NCBI GenBank assembly: GCA_041640655.1
Contig: JBEPZV010000033.1
Location: forward strand, 1-27,826
Direction: 5' to 3'
Source: a bacterium
Lineage (GTDB): Bacteria; Acidobacteriota; Blastocatellia; HR10
Length of the DNA: 27,826 nucleotides
Shown here: one piece after another, positions 8,664 through 21,998 of the stretch
Layout of the letters: each line of letters opens with the position of its first letter
Position numbering within the stretch: position 1 is the stretch's first letter
Notes under the pieces: generated by a model
Told to the model about the DNA's origin: nothing
The model's input: the letters and a program-made list of their open reading frames with translations, nothing else
Databases searched by the model: none
Position numbers and translations under genes: made by a program

Positions 8664-8748
8664 TCACTCCACGGTGACCGATTTGGCGAGGTTTCGGGGT
8701 TGATCCACATCGCAACCGCGTCGCCGCGCGATGTGATAGGCCAGAAGC
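8664..8748 (-). repeat. 85-bp direct repeat, copy 2 (the 3' end of intact glmS)
   Basis: Matches 7784-7868 at an offset of 880 bp. Confidence 0.95.
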
Positions 8749-10490
8749 TGCAATGGGATGATGGCCAATAGCGGCAGCAGCCAGCGATGCGCCGAGGGGA
8801 TGGCCAGAATCCGCGCTCCCGCCTCCTCCCGACAGGCCCGAATGGCCTCCTCATCCTCCTCATTCACCACCGCGATCGCCGGTGCGCCGCGCGCCCGTAC
8901 CTCCAAGAGATTGGCGAACGTCTTCTCGTACAGCACCCGCCCCAACTCCTCCCTCCGATCGTACGGCAACAGCACCACGACGGGCAGTCGCTCCTCCAGC
9001 AGCGCATTCACCCCATGCTTCATCTCCCCGGCCGCGCACCCTTCTGCGGGAATATAGCTCAGCTCCTTCAACTTCAATGCCCCCTCCAGCGCGATCGGAT
9101 ACAACACCCCTCGCCCCAGATAAAGCACATGGTGCGCCCGCCACAATCGCCGCGCCAGCTCGGCGATCTCCCCCTCCCGCTCCAAGATCCGCTCCATCCG
9201 CAGGGGCAGATGCGTCAACTCGTGCAGTCGCTCCCGTACCGCCGCCTCCGTCAGCGCCCCTCGCTGCCGCCCTAATTCCAGCCCGAGCCGCAGCAGCATC
9301 ACCATTTGAGCCACAAAGGTCTTGGTGGCCGCCACTCCAATCTCTGGCCCGGCCCGCGTTCGCATCACCATGTCGGCCTCTCGCTCCGCGCTCGATCCCG
9401 GCACGTTCGTCAGCGCCACCACGCGCGCTCCTCGCTGCTTCGCCTCCCGCACCGCCCCTAGCGTATCGGCCGTCTCCCCCGATTGCGTAATCGCCACCAC
9501 CAGAGTCTTCGCCCCCACCACCGGCCGCCGATACCGAAACTCGCTCGCCACCTCCACCTCCACTCGCACCCTGGCTGCTTCCTCTATCACATACTTCCCG
9601 TACAGCCCCGCATGATAACTCGTCCCGCAGCCCACCAGCACAAGCTCCTCCACATCCTCCAGCCGAATCTCCTCGTACGCGCTCGCCGTCTCTCGCACCA
9701 CGCGCGGCTGCTCGTGAATCTCCTTCAACATGAAGTGGGGATACCCCCCCTTCTCCACCCACAGCGGATCCCACCCGATCCGCTCCACCCGCAGAGGACG
9801 TTCCCGACCCTCCTCGTCCCATACTCGAACGCCATCGGGTCTGAGCTCCACCAGCTCCCCATCCTCCAGCACCCGCACCCGCCGCGTGAAAGGCACAAGA
9901 GCCGCCATATCCGAAGCCACCCACGCCTCCCCTTCCCCTACGCCGATGACCAACGGCGCTCCCCGTCTCACCCCCACCACGACCCCAGGTTCTCCTGTCC
10001 ACACCAGCGCGAAGGCGAAAAGCCCCTCCAGCCGCGCTGCCGCTCGCCGCACCGCCTCCGAAAGCGAGGCCTTCCTCAGCTCCCGCTCCACCAGATGCCC
10101 GATCACCTCCGTGTCCGTCTCCGATATGAACCGATGTCCTTCTTGCTCCAACTCACGCCGCAGCGCGAGATAGTTCTCGATGATACCGTTGTGCACCACC
10201 GCCACTTGTCCCCTACAATCCCGATGTGGATGCGCATTCTCCTCGGCCGGCCGCCCGTGTGTCGCCCACCGCGTATGCCCCACGCCAAAGGTCCCCTCCA
10301 TCGCGCGCCCTTCCAGCACTTCCTCCAACTGCCGCACCTTTCCCACGACCCGAACCACCTCTAATCCCCCTCGTTCATCCCCCACGGCTATCCCCGCCGA
10401 ATCATACCCTCGATACTCCAGGCGCCGCAGCCCTTCCAACAGCACGGCCACGGCCGACCGGCTCCCCGTATATCCGATGATCCCGCACAT
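8664..10490 (-). CDS. glmS: Glutamine--fructose-6-phosphate aminotransferase (isomerizing)
   Basis: N-terminal MCGIIG (catalytic Cys), EYRGYDSAG, GHTRWATHG, HNGIIEN, QSGETADT, EGALKLKE and C-terminal [11 protein letters not shown]. Confidence 0.97.
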   Translation of the reverse strand: MCGIIGYTGSRSAVAVLLEGLRRLEYRGYDSAGIAVGDERGGLEVVRVVGKVRQLEEVLEGRAMEGTFGVGHTRWATHGRPAEENAHPHRDCRGQVAVVHNGIIENYLALRRELEQEGHRFISETDTEVIGHLVERELRKASLSEAVRRAAARLEGLFAFALVWTGEPGVVVGVRRGAPLVIGVGEGEAWVASDMAALVPFTRRVRVLEDGELVELRPDGVRVWDEEGRERPLRVERIGWDPLWVEKGGYPHFMLKEIHEQPRVVRETASAYEEIRLEDVEELVLVGCGTSYHAGLYGKYVIEEAARVRVEVEVASEFRYRRPVVGAKTLVVAITQSGETADTLGAVREAKQRGARVVALTNVPGSSAEREADMVMRTRAGPEIGVAATKTFVAQMVMLLRLGLELGRQRGALTEAAVRERLHELTHLPLRMERILEREGEIAELARRLWRAHHVLYLGRGVLYPIALEGALKLKELSYIPAEGCAAGEMKHGVNALLEERLPVVVLLPYDRREELGRVLYEKTFANLLEVRARGAPAIAVVNEEDEEAIRACREEAGARILAIPSAHRWLLPLLAIIPLQLLAYHIARRRGCDVDQPRNLAKSVTVE

Positions 10491-10557
10491 CGCTCCCTCG
10501 CCAAAAGCACACTCACTGTACCGGCAGGGACTCACCGCGTCAAGAACGGGATCCACC

Positions 10558-11580
10558 TCAGCGAGTCGAAAAGAGTTGAGGGCGCCGTTCCTGCATCCGA
10601 TCCCGAAGCTCGCTCTCCATGAGGCGGCGATGGTGAGCGATCACGCGCTTCAGGATCTCCTCAAGACGAACCATCGGCCGGTACCCGATGAGCGTCCGAA
10701 TCTTGGTGAGATCGGGCACGCGCCGCGGCATATCCTCGAAGTCCTCCCCATAGATCCGATCATACGGGACGAAGACGACCTCCGACGAACTTCCGGTCAG
10801 TGCTTTGATCCGCCAGGCGACATCCACAATGCGCACCTCCTCATCGCTCCCGACGTTGAAGACCTGCCCCACAGCTTCCGGATGTTCGGCCAGAGCCGCC
10901 AGAGCGCGCACCACATCCCCCACCCAGCAGAAGCTCCGCGTTTGCCGCCCATCTCCGTGCACGGTGATCGGCTCCCCACGCAAGGCCTGCCGGACGAACG
11001 TCGGAATGACCATCCCGTAACGATTCGTCTGCCGCGGCCCGACCGTATTGAACAGCCGAACGATCACCACCGGCACCCCATACGTCCGCCAATACGCCAG
11101 AGCGAGAAACTCCCCCAATGCTTTCGAGCACGCATAGCCCCATCGGGGCCGCCACGTCGCCCCCAGGACCAGATCATCGTCTTCCCGAAAGGGCACCTTC
11201 GAGGTCTTGCCGTACACTTCGCTCGTGGAGGCGAACAGCACCTTCTTCCCCCTGGCCGCCGCCATCTCCAGGACGACCTCCGTCGCGCGCACGTTCGTCT
11301 CCATAGCCCGAATGGGCTCCTCGACAACAAGCTTCACTCCGACAGCCGCTGCCAGATGAAAGATGACGTCCGCCCACTCCACCAGCTCTGCCATGAGCCG
11401 ACGATTCAGGACGGTGTCCAGAACGAATCGGAATCGCACCTCCGATTCCAAATGCGCGATGTTCGCCAGGTTCCCCGTCGAGAGATCATCAATGACGGTC
11501 ACCGCATGACCGGCGCGCAGCAATTCCTCGGCCAGATGGGAACCGATGAATCCAGCCCCTCCCGTGATCAAGCAGCGCAT
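10558..11580 (-). CDS. NAD-dependent nucleotide-sugar epimerase/dehydratase (extended SDR)
   Basis: Motifs TGGAGFIGSH, STSEVYG, YACSK, RLFNTVGPRQ and G.QTRSF. Confidence 0.92.
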   Translation of the reverse strand: MRCLITGGAGFIGSHLAEELLRAGHAVTVIDDLSTGNLANIAHLESEVRFRFVLDTVLNRRLMAELVEWADVIFHLAAAVGVKLVVEEPIRAMETNVRATEVVLEMAAARGKKVLFASTSEVYGKTSKVPFREDDDLVLGATWRPRWGYACSKALGEFLALAYWRTYGVPVVIVRLFNTVGPRQTNRYGMVIPTFVRQALRGEPITVHGDGRQTRSFCWVGDVVRALAALAEHPEAVGQVFNVGSDEEVRIVDVAWRIKALTGSSSEVVFVPYDRIYGEDFEDMPRRVPDLTKIRTLIGYRPMVRLEEILKRVIAHHRRLMESELRDRMQERRPQLFSTR

Positions 11581-11762
11581 ATCGGCATCCCTCCTTCATC
11601 AGCGCGAGCAGTCTTTATCGCATGGAGTCAGAGGAGAGAGCGCGCCCGAACTGCTGCCCATCGGGCGCCCTTCGTATTTCCTCCCCCTTCACATGTTTCA
11701 GCGGAAAGGGACCGCCGTGATCGGCGCGCTTCCCCGCATCTTCCGATCTCTCTGCGACCGAC

Positions 11763-12905
11763 TCAGGACGCGCCGGACGACAAGGTGCCGAGTGCGCGCC
11801 CGCATCGGCGATTCCGAACCGAGTGGAAGACCTCCTCCAGTTTCAATCGAACCCTCGCCGGAGCGTGAACCGTGAGATAGCGTCGCCGCGCGTTCTCCTG
11901 GAACTGTCGGAGCAAAGCGCGATGGGTGATCAAGACGTCGAGCCGCTCGACCAATCCTCGAATATCCCCGGGTGCGACCGTGAACCCCACCTCCGCATCG
12001 GGGAAAAGCTCCGGCAACGGATCGAAGTTCGAGACGATGACGGCGCACCGATGGGCCATCGCCTCAACAGCGGACAGGGCATACGTATCGGCATGTGTGG
12101 GCAACACGAAAAGATCGGCGTCGCGCATCAGCTCGAGCACGCGCTCATGGGGGAGCGGAGGATGAATCCGAATCCCCTGCGCCCGCAACGAATCGTTCCG
12201 CTTCTTCCAATCCTCCGACGCTCGCGTCACGACCTCCAGCCGAAGATGGGGATGCTTCCTCCTCACCTGCTCGTAAGCTCGCAGCAGCTCGGGCAGCCCC
12301 TTCAGGATAGGATCGAGCCCGACAAACAGCAACCGGATGATCCCGTCCGTCTGCGAGGGTTTCCATTCGACATCTCGCGAAGGAGCGATGACCGGGACCG
12401 GAACGACGTGGACTTTCGCCTCCAGTTCAGGGCACCACCGGAGGAGAGTCCGCGCCCCGGATTCCGTGGCGATCAGCAACGCATCCGCCCGCGGGCCGAG
12501 CAGGCGATAGAGGAAAACGACATCCTCCAGGGTCCATCGCCCGCCACCTTCGTAATACGGCGCCGGCACAATTCCCTGCGAGCTCCAGATCACGGGGACA
12601 GGCGGCTGCGGGAACGGAAAGCAGATATGAGAGAGGATGAGATCCATGTCGCGAGCGGCGCCCGGAGGAAGAACGAGCGCGCGAGCGGCGACATGAAGCA
12701 TCTGCCGAACGCGCGCCGGCTCCCACGTTCGGGCGAGCTTCTCGCACGCTTTTCGCACAACGGCTTGCGCCCGCCGCCGCCACGATGAGGGGAGCAGGTG
12801 GAACCGGAGACGCTCGTCGCTCAAGCGCATCCAGTTTCGATAGAGCGCGAGATCGCCTCCCGGTCCGTGAAGCTCTCCGGCCGTCACGTTCAACAGGACG
12901 CGCAT
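11763..12905 (-). CDS. Glycosyltransferase family 4
   Basis: LLFVG...KGLPELL and ADLFVLPT..DTYALSAVEAMA. Confidence 0.85.
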   Translation of the reverse strand: MRVLLNVTAGELHGPGGDLALYRNWMRLSDERLRFHLLPSSWRRRAQAVVRKACEKLARTWEPARVRQMLHVAARALVLPPGAARDMDLILSHICFPFPQPPVPVIWSSQGIVPAPYYEGGGRWTLEDVVFLYRLLGPRADALLIATESGARTLLRWCPELEAKVHVVPVPVIAPSRDVEWKPSQTDGIIRLLFVGLDPILKGLPELLRAYEQVRRKHPHLRLEVVTRASEDWKKRNDSLRAQGIRIHPPLPHERVLELMRDADLFVLPTHADTYALSAVEAMAHRCAVIVSNFDPLPELFPDAEVGFTVAPGDIRGLVERLDVLITHRALLRQFQENARRRYLTVHAPARVRLKLEEVFHSVRNRRCGRALGTLSSGAS

Positions 12906-12914
12906 GGTCGGTCG

Positions 12915-16830
<3,916 letters not shown>

Positions 16831-16834
<4 letters not shown>

Positions 16835-18039
16835 CGTGCATCCCTCCTTTCCTCTCCGCCCGCGGAGAGATCACGCGGCGTCTGACGCACGACCTCTGCG
16901 TAAAGGCTTTCCAGTTGCCGCACCGGCTCATCCCAGGAGAGCGCCTCCCGTAATTGAGACGCATGTTCGGCGAAGCGTCGGCGCTGCACCTCATCCTCCA
17001 ACAGGAGGCGCAAGGCGCGCTTCAAGGCCTCCTTCTCCGGCTCGATCACGATCCCGGCGCGCCCTTCGACCAAAGGAGCCACCCCGCACCGATTCGTCAC
17101 GATGACGGGCGTCCCACAGGCGAGGGCCTCGACCACCACGTTGCCGAAATTCTCGTGGATCGAAGGCAAGACCATCACATCCGCATCCACGAGCGCGCTT
17201 ACCCGCTCGCGCCCATAGAGCGGTCCCAGCACCCGAACGGCATCCCCCAGACGCGCGCGCGCGATCGCGCGTGCGATGGCCGAACGCGTTCCGTCCCCAT
17301 CGTCCGGACCGATGATCAGAAGCACGGCCCCCGGCCCGCGCGCTTCGGCGAAGGCCTCGATCAGAAGCGGAACGTTCTTCTTCACCGCGAGCCGACCCAG
17401 ATAAAGCACCACGCGCTGATCCTCTCTGATGCCCAGGCGCGCGCGAAAAGTCCCGCGCGGCGGCAGCGGATCGAACTCCGAGAGATCGAGCCCATTCCGA
17501 CGCACGACGATCTTCTCGCGGGGAATCCCCCAGGCGTGGGCCTCCTCCGCCTCCTGCACCGACGTCACGATCACGCGCGCAGCCCGCGCCAGGAGCGCGC
17601 GTCCGAAGAGCCGGTCGTACGCGCGCTTCTTCCGAAGACTCCGACCGATGGGCACGAGCATCCCCATCGGTTCCACGACGTAGGGGAGACCACGTCGCCG
17701 AGCCGCCCAACAGACGACCGTCGAGAGGAAATCCCTCACGCCGTAGACGTGAATGAGATCGAACCCCGCGAGTGCGCCAAGGTGCCGGAAGATGTCCGGT
17801 TGCACCCCATCCCACCGATACCGCACGACGGTGTGGAAGTAGACGACGCGAACTCCCTCCCACTGGCTCATCCGCGTCCGATCCGACAACCGCCGGGTGG
17901 CATCCAGGAGATTCGAGGTGTAGACGGTTACCTCATGCCCGCGGCGAACTAACCCGCGCGCCAGATGAGCGACCGTCTGACTCATCCCCCCTCCAGCCAG
18001 AGCCGGATAGAAGCAGCGCGTGATCTTCAAAATGCGCAT
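16831..18039 (-). CDS. Glycosyltransferase family 4
   Basis: Start at MRILKI (18039); YLGRL..KKN and PS.HENFGNVVVEALACGTPV. Confidence 0.9.
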
Positions 18040-19186
18040 CGGAGTCTCCGTCGCCGAACGGATGGATGATCGCGCGGCGGGACCCACCGCCACGCCCCTC
18101 AGAAAGCGCCATCTCCCTCAGGATCGCCGCCAGGTTCCGTCGAAATCGCTCGAGCGTGAAGTCTCGCCACGCGCGCTCGCGCGCGCGCTCACCCAAGGAC
18201 CGCCGCCGCGCCTCATCCTGCATGAGCGTGAGGATCGTCCGAGCGATCTCCCCCGGATCGGCCGCATTGACGAGCACACCGGTCACGCCATCGAGAACGG
18301 CTTCGGCACTCCCCCCCTCGCGACCCGCGATGGCCGGCTTGCCGAAAGCCGCCGCCTCCAGATACGCAATCCCAAAGCCTTCGCCCTCGCAGGGGTCCTC
18401 CAACCGCATCCGACTCGGCATCACGAAGAGATCGCAACTGCGGTAATAGGCGGGAAGCCACGCATCCTCCACGTCGCCCGCGAAGTGGATGGCCTCGCCG
18501 AGTCCCAACTCGACAGCCAGCCGTTCCAAACGCGGCCGATCATCTCCGTCGCCGACGATCACGTAGACGACCTCGGGCAGGACGCGTCGAACCTGAACGA
18601 GAGCGCGCATCACGACCTCGTGCCCCTTGTAGCGTCCCCGCGTCGTCAGACGACTGACGGTGAGAAGCACGCGCTTGCCGCGAAGCCCGTGCCGCTCGAT
18701 CACCCGCTGTGGCGAGACCGGCGAACGAAGAAGTTCGGGATCAAGAGCCGGTGGGAGGAGCCGGATCCTCCGCGCCTCCACACCATGTCGGCAGATGAGG
18801 CGCTCGGCCGTGAAGCGGCTGACGCTGAGCACGGCGTCCGCAGCTCGGAGCGCATATGATGGCGCGCTCCCCCATACCTCGTCCCCATGCGCGAGGACGA
18901 CGTACGGGATGCCCCAAATCTCCTTCATGACCGTTGCCACGCGCGCAATCCCCACATGCGTGCTGATGATGAGCGACGGCGGCCTCCGTCGCACTTCGCG
19001 AATCACCGAGCGAACGAATGCGAGCTTCTCCCGAAAGCCCGGCGGAGCGGTCGTCCTCCAGAGGAAGAGCACGCGCACGGCCCCGGGTCCGCACAGCGCG
19101 CGAAGGCTCTCCACCAGGTGCCGCGCGTATCGTTGTATCCCCCCACGCGTCTGAGCATCCGTGGCCAGGACGAGGAGGTCGGGCAT
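17933..19186 (-). CDS. Glycosyltransferase family 4 (PimB-like)
   Basis: GGIQRY, AHGDE, LTVSRL...YKGH, FVMPS...EGFGIAYLEA and DGVTG. The C-terminal tail overlaps the next gene by about 107 bp. Confidence 0.9.
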   Translation of the reverse strand: MPDLLVLATDAQTRGGIQRYARHLVESLRALCGPGAVRVLFLWRTTAPPGFREKLAFVRSVIREVRRRPPSLIISTHVGIARVATVMKEIWGIPYVVLAHGDEVWGSAPSYALRAADAVLSVSRFTAERLICRHGVEARRIRLLPPALDPELLRSPVSPQRVIERHGLRGKRVLLTVSRLTTRGRYKGHEVVMRALVQVRRVLPEVVYVIVGDGDDRPRLERLAVELGLGEAIHFAGDVEDAWLPAYYRSCDLFVMPSRMRLEDPCEGEGFGIAYLEAAAFGKPAIAGREGGSAEAVLDGVTGVLVNAADPGEIARTILTLMQDEARRRSLGERARERAWRDFTLERFRRNLAAILREMALSEGRGGGSRRAIIHPFGDGDSDAHFEDHALLLSGSGWRGDESDGRSSGARVSSPRA

Positions 19187-19204
19187 TCCGCTCCCCTCCG
19201 GAGA

Positions 19205-20854
19205 TCAGACGGTGAGCGCTTCCGGCCTTCCTCCGGCCAGCTTCGGCAAGCGAAAGAGCATGCCGACGAGGAACCAGTGATAGGCGTTGTTCACGTAGTT
19301 CTGGTACACGGACATCCCCAAGAAGAAATAGGGGACGTGCAGAAGCGCCAGAAAGAGCACGAGCGCCACGGCGAGCCCGAAGAATCGGGAGGGCGCCAGC
19401 CGTCGCGCCATGCGTCCGGCGACCCATATCAGGGCCAGCGTCCACCATACCCAAAGCCCGACCCCGACGATCCCCCACTCCCAAATGACGGAGGCATATC
19501 CGCCCTCGACGCGATAGGGCGACCACGTCGCCCCGGAATAGAAGTCGTCCAGACCGTAGAGATAGGTGAGCCCGAGCGAAGCCGTCCCCGTCCCATGCCC
19601 GAAGGCGCGCGATTCCCGCAGCGCCACGAGGATGTCCGTCCAGTAGACCTGAGGACGCCATGTCACTTCTGATTCCCGCGCCACGGGCGAGAGCGTCTCC
19701 GCGCAAAACCGGTAGAGGGCGACCAGACGCTCCGCGTGAAACACAGCCAATCCCGAGAGCGCGAGCGCCATCCCCACTACGATCTTCCCCAGCGGGAAGG
19801 CCGATCTCCGGCACCGAGCGATCCAGGACGCGAACCGCTCGCGACATGCCACCCCCACCAGGACGAGGAGCGCCGCGCCCGCCAGTACGAGCGCAGCGCG
19901 TTGCGCGCTCACGATGAGCCCCGCGCTGATCATCCCAAATGCGATCCACACCAGACACTCCTGACGGCGCAGCGCCGACGGCGTCCGCCGCATGAGCCCT
20001 AAGAGCGCCCGCATCTCACGACGGTCGCGTCCGGTCTCCTCTCCCCCTCTTCCCCGCCCCTCTCGCTCGCCTCGAAGGGCGTGCCAATAGGAGATCGCGC
20101 CCAGCCCGAGGAAGAACAGGATGAAGAGATAGTGGGCGAACCGCCCGGCGTCCACGAAAACCGACGTCGGCCGAGGGACAGCCATCTGACTCTCCGGAGC
20201 CACGCGAATCAGCTCCAGTCGAAGCCCGGGGACGAACCCCTTCGGATTCAGGAAATCCAATCCGATCACGGCTTGGATCACCCCGAGTCCGGAGACCACG
20301 CTTCCGAGCGCCAGAGTGAACAGAAGGAAGCGGCGCAGCCGCTCCTCGGAGTCAATATATGCATAGCCGAGATAGAGGAGCGGGACGTAGAAGAAATACA
20401 TGCGCATCCCGATCACGGGCATCAGCGGATGCTCGATCTGCGGATTGAAACATTCGGCCACCGCCAGTGCGATCAGCGCGATCAGCGGCGCGCGGATCGG
20501 AGTGCGAAAATCCCAAGGTCGCCGCCTCACCGCTTGAGCGAAGAGGAAGCTGACATAGGTCAGCCCGATCAACACATCCTTCGCTCCATAGAGGATGATC
20601 CGATTGCCGAGGTACTTTCGGATCGCATCCTCCAGGACGATCCACACGAAGAAGCTCACGATGCCGAATCGCCAATCCCTCAGGATTTGAAGGCCCACCA
20701 CCCCGGCCCCGACGAAGATGAAGGCGATGACCGCCGTCCTCCAATCGGCCCGGAGCAGAAGATGCGCCAGGCCAAGCCCCGCGAGCACGGCGATGGCGAA
20801 GGTCGCCGCCGAGGCTCGGATCAGGAATCCATGATGGGGAGTCGCCCGCAGCAT
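19205..20854 (-). CDS. Wzy-like polysaccharide polymerase / O-antigen-ligase-fold membrane protein
   Basis: About 12 TM segments, R.TSVF, SAQRAA, FGHGTG and EGGY...WEWGIVG; located among GTs next to a flippase. Start uncertain. Confidence 0.65.
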   Translation of the reverse strand: MLRATPHHGFLIRASAATFAIAVLAGLGLAHLLLRADWRTAVIAFIFVGAGVVGLQILRDWRFGIVSFFVWIVLEDAIRKYLGNRIILYGAKDVLIGLTYVSFLFAQAVRRRPWDFRTPIRAPLIALIALAVAECFNPQIEHPLMPVIGMRMYFFYVPLLYLGYAYIDSEERLRRFLLFTLALGSVVSGLGVIQAVIGLDFLNPKGFVPGLRLELIRVAPESQMAVPRPTSVFVDAGRFAHYLFILFFLGLGAISYWHALRGEREGRGRGGEETGRDRREMRALLGLMRRTPSALRRQECLVWIAFGMISAGLIVSAQRAALVLAGAALLVLVGVACRERFASWIARCRRSAFPLGKIVVGMALALSGLAVFHAERLVALYRFCAETLSPVARESEVTWRPQVYWTDILVALRESRAFGHGTGTASLGLTYLYGLDDFYSGATWSPYRVEGGYASVIWEWGIVGVGLWVWWTLALIWVAGRMARRLAPSRFFGLAVALVLFLALLHVPYFFLGMSVYQNYVNNAYHWFLVGMLFRLPKLAGGRPEALTV

Positions 20855-21987
20855 CGCTCTGGATTCCGCGCGATGTTTCGCCACCGCCAGTAGGTCCGAA
20901 TCCCGTGCCATTTCCCCATGAACGCCGCGCGCGCCTGCTCGCGCCATGAGGAGCGAGGGGAGCGCACCATCGCCCAGAAGAGCGTCGCCAGCCCCGGCGA
21001 TCGTCGCTCCCCTCTCACGAAGAAGTAGAGGAGAAACGCGAGCTTCCGCAAAAGCGGCAGATGCTTCAGCATGAGATACGTGTGATTGTGACTGTAGGTG
21101 TAGATCAGCCGCGCGAGATCCTCGCGGGCTTCCTCCGGGATGGGGCGCGGAGCTTCAAAATGGTGCACGCGACACTCGGGAGCAAAGAGAATGCGGTAGC
21201 CGAGCCGTCGAACTTGAAGAGCGAGGTCCAGCTCGAACTGCATGCCATAGCCGATGACCCGCGTGTCCACGTCAATGTGCTCAAGCAGCGCGCGTCGGAT
21301 GGCGGCATTGCCGCCTTGAAATCCGGCGACCGGCATTGGTCCGCGCGCGTCTCCCGGCCGGTCAAATCCCCCAACGTATCGGCCATACCAGGTGAGCTGC
21401 CCGACGCGCTTCACCGGAGGTGAGATCGCCGGACGGCCATCCCGATACGAGATGAGGCGACCGGCGACAATCCCGACTGTCGGATCGGTGAAGTGACGGC
21501 TCCCTCGCTCAATCCACTCCGGCTCCGCCGCGGCGTCATCATCTGTGACGAAGACGAGATCAATGTCCGCGCGCGCGCGAAGGGCCTCGATCCCCCGCTT
21601 GAAGGCCCATACCGGACCGGGCAGCGCGACGCTCACCATTTGAATCTCCACGCCCGATCCCCGGAAGTGCCGCGAACTCTCGGATGAATGTGGATGGAGA
21701 TCCGGCGAAGCGACATCCGTCGCCCCTCTCTCGTGCGCCTCTGCGTGAAATCGGCGCACAACCGCCTTGGACTCCTCATCCTCCTCGCGCACGACGATGA
21801 CGATACAGTGTGGACGATACGTCTGATGAAGGACGGCGCGCAGGCAACGCTCCAAATACGCCGGCCGACGATATGTGGGGATGAGGACGGCGACGCGCGG
21901 AGCACGTCGCGCTCGTCCCTCCGAGGATTCCGCGCGCCGTTCCCTGGCCGCCTCGCAAGAGCGCTCTGTGCTGGGCGACGGCGGCAC
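20821..21987 (-). CDS. Glycosyltransferase family 2
   Basis: VLIPTYRRP..L.RCL, FVTDDDA (DxD), GGNAAIRR and FELDL. Probable GTG start at 21987, 8 nt after AGGAG; the longer ORF-track start lies inside the flippase gene. Confidence 0.88.
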   Translation of the reverse strand: MPPSPSTERSCEAARERRAESSEGRARRAPRVAVLIPTYRRPAYLERCLRAVLHQTYRPHCIVIVVREEDEESKAVVRRFHAEAHERGATDVASPDLHPHSSESSRHFRGSGVEIQMVSVALPGPVWAFKRGIEALRARADIDLVFVTDDDAAAEPEWIERGSRHFTDPTVGIVAGRLISYRDGRPAISPPVKRVGQLTWYGRYVGGFDRPGDARGPMPVAGFQGGNAAIRRALLEHIDVDTRVIGYGMQFELDLALQVRRLGYRILFAPECRVHHFEAPRPIPEEAREDLARLIYTYSHNHTYLMLKHLPLLRKLAFLLYFFVRGERRSPGLATLFWAMVRSPRSSWREQARAAFMGKWHGIRTYWRWRNIARNPERCCGRLPIMDS

Positions 21988-21998
21988 CTTGCTCACTC

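Noticed and set aside
10491..10557. glmS ribozyme
   Set aside because: There are only 67 bp between the genes and no recognisable ribozyme core.
17933..18039. 107-bp overlap of two GT4 genes as a programmed frameshift or fusion
   Set aside because: Both GT domains are complete and the overlapping tail looks non-conserved; a lost stop codon is the simpler explanation.
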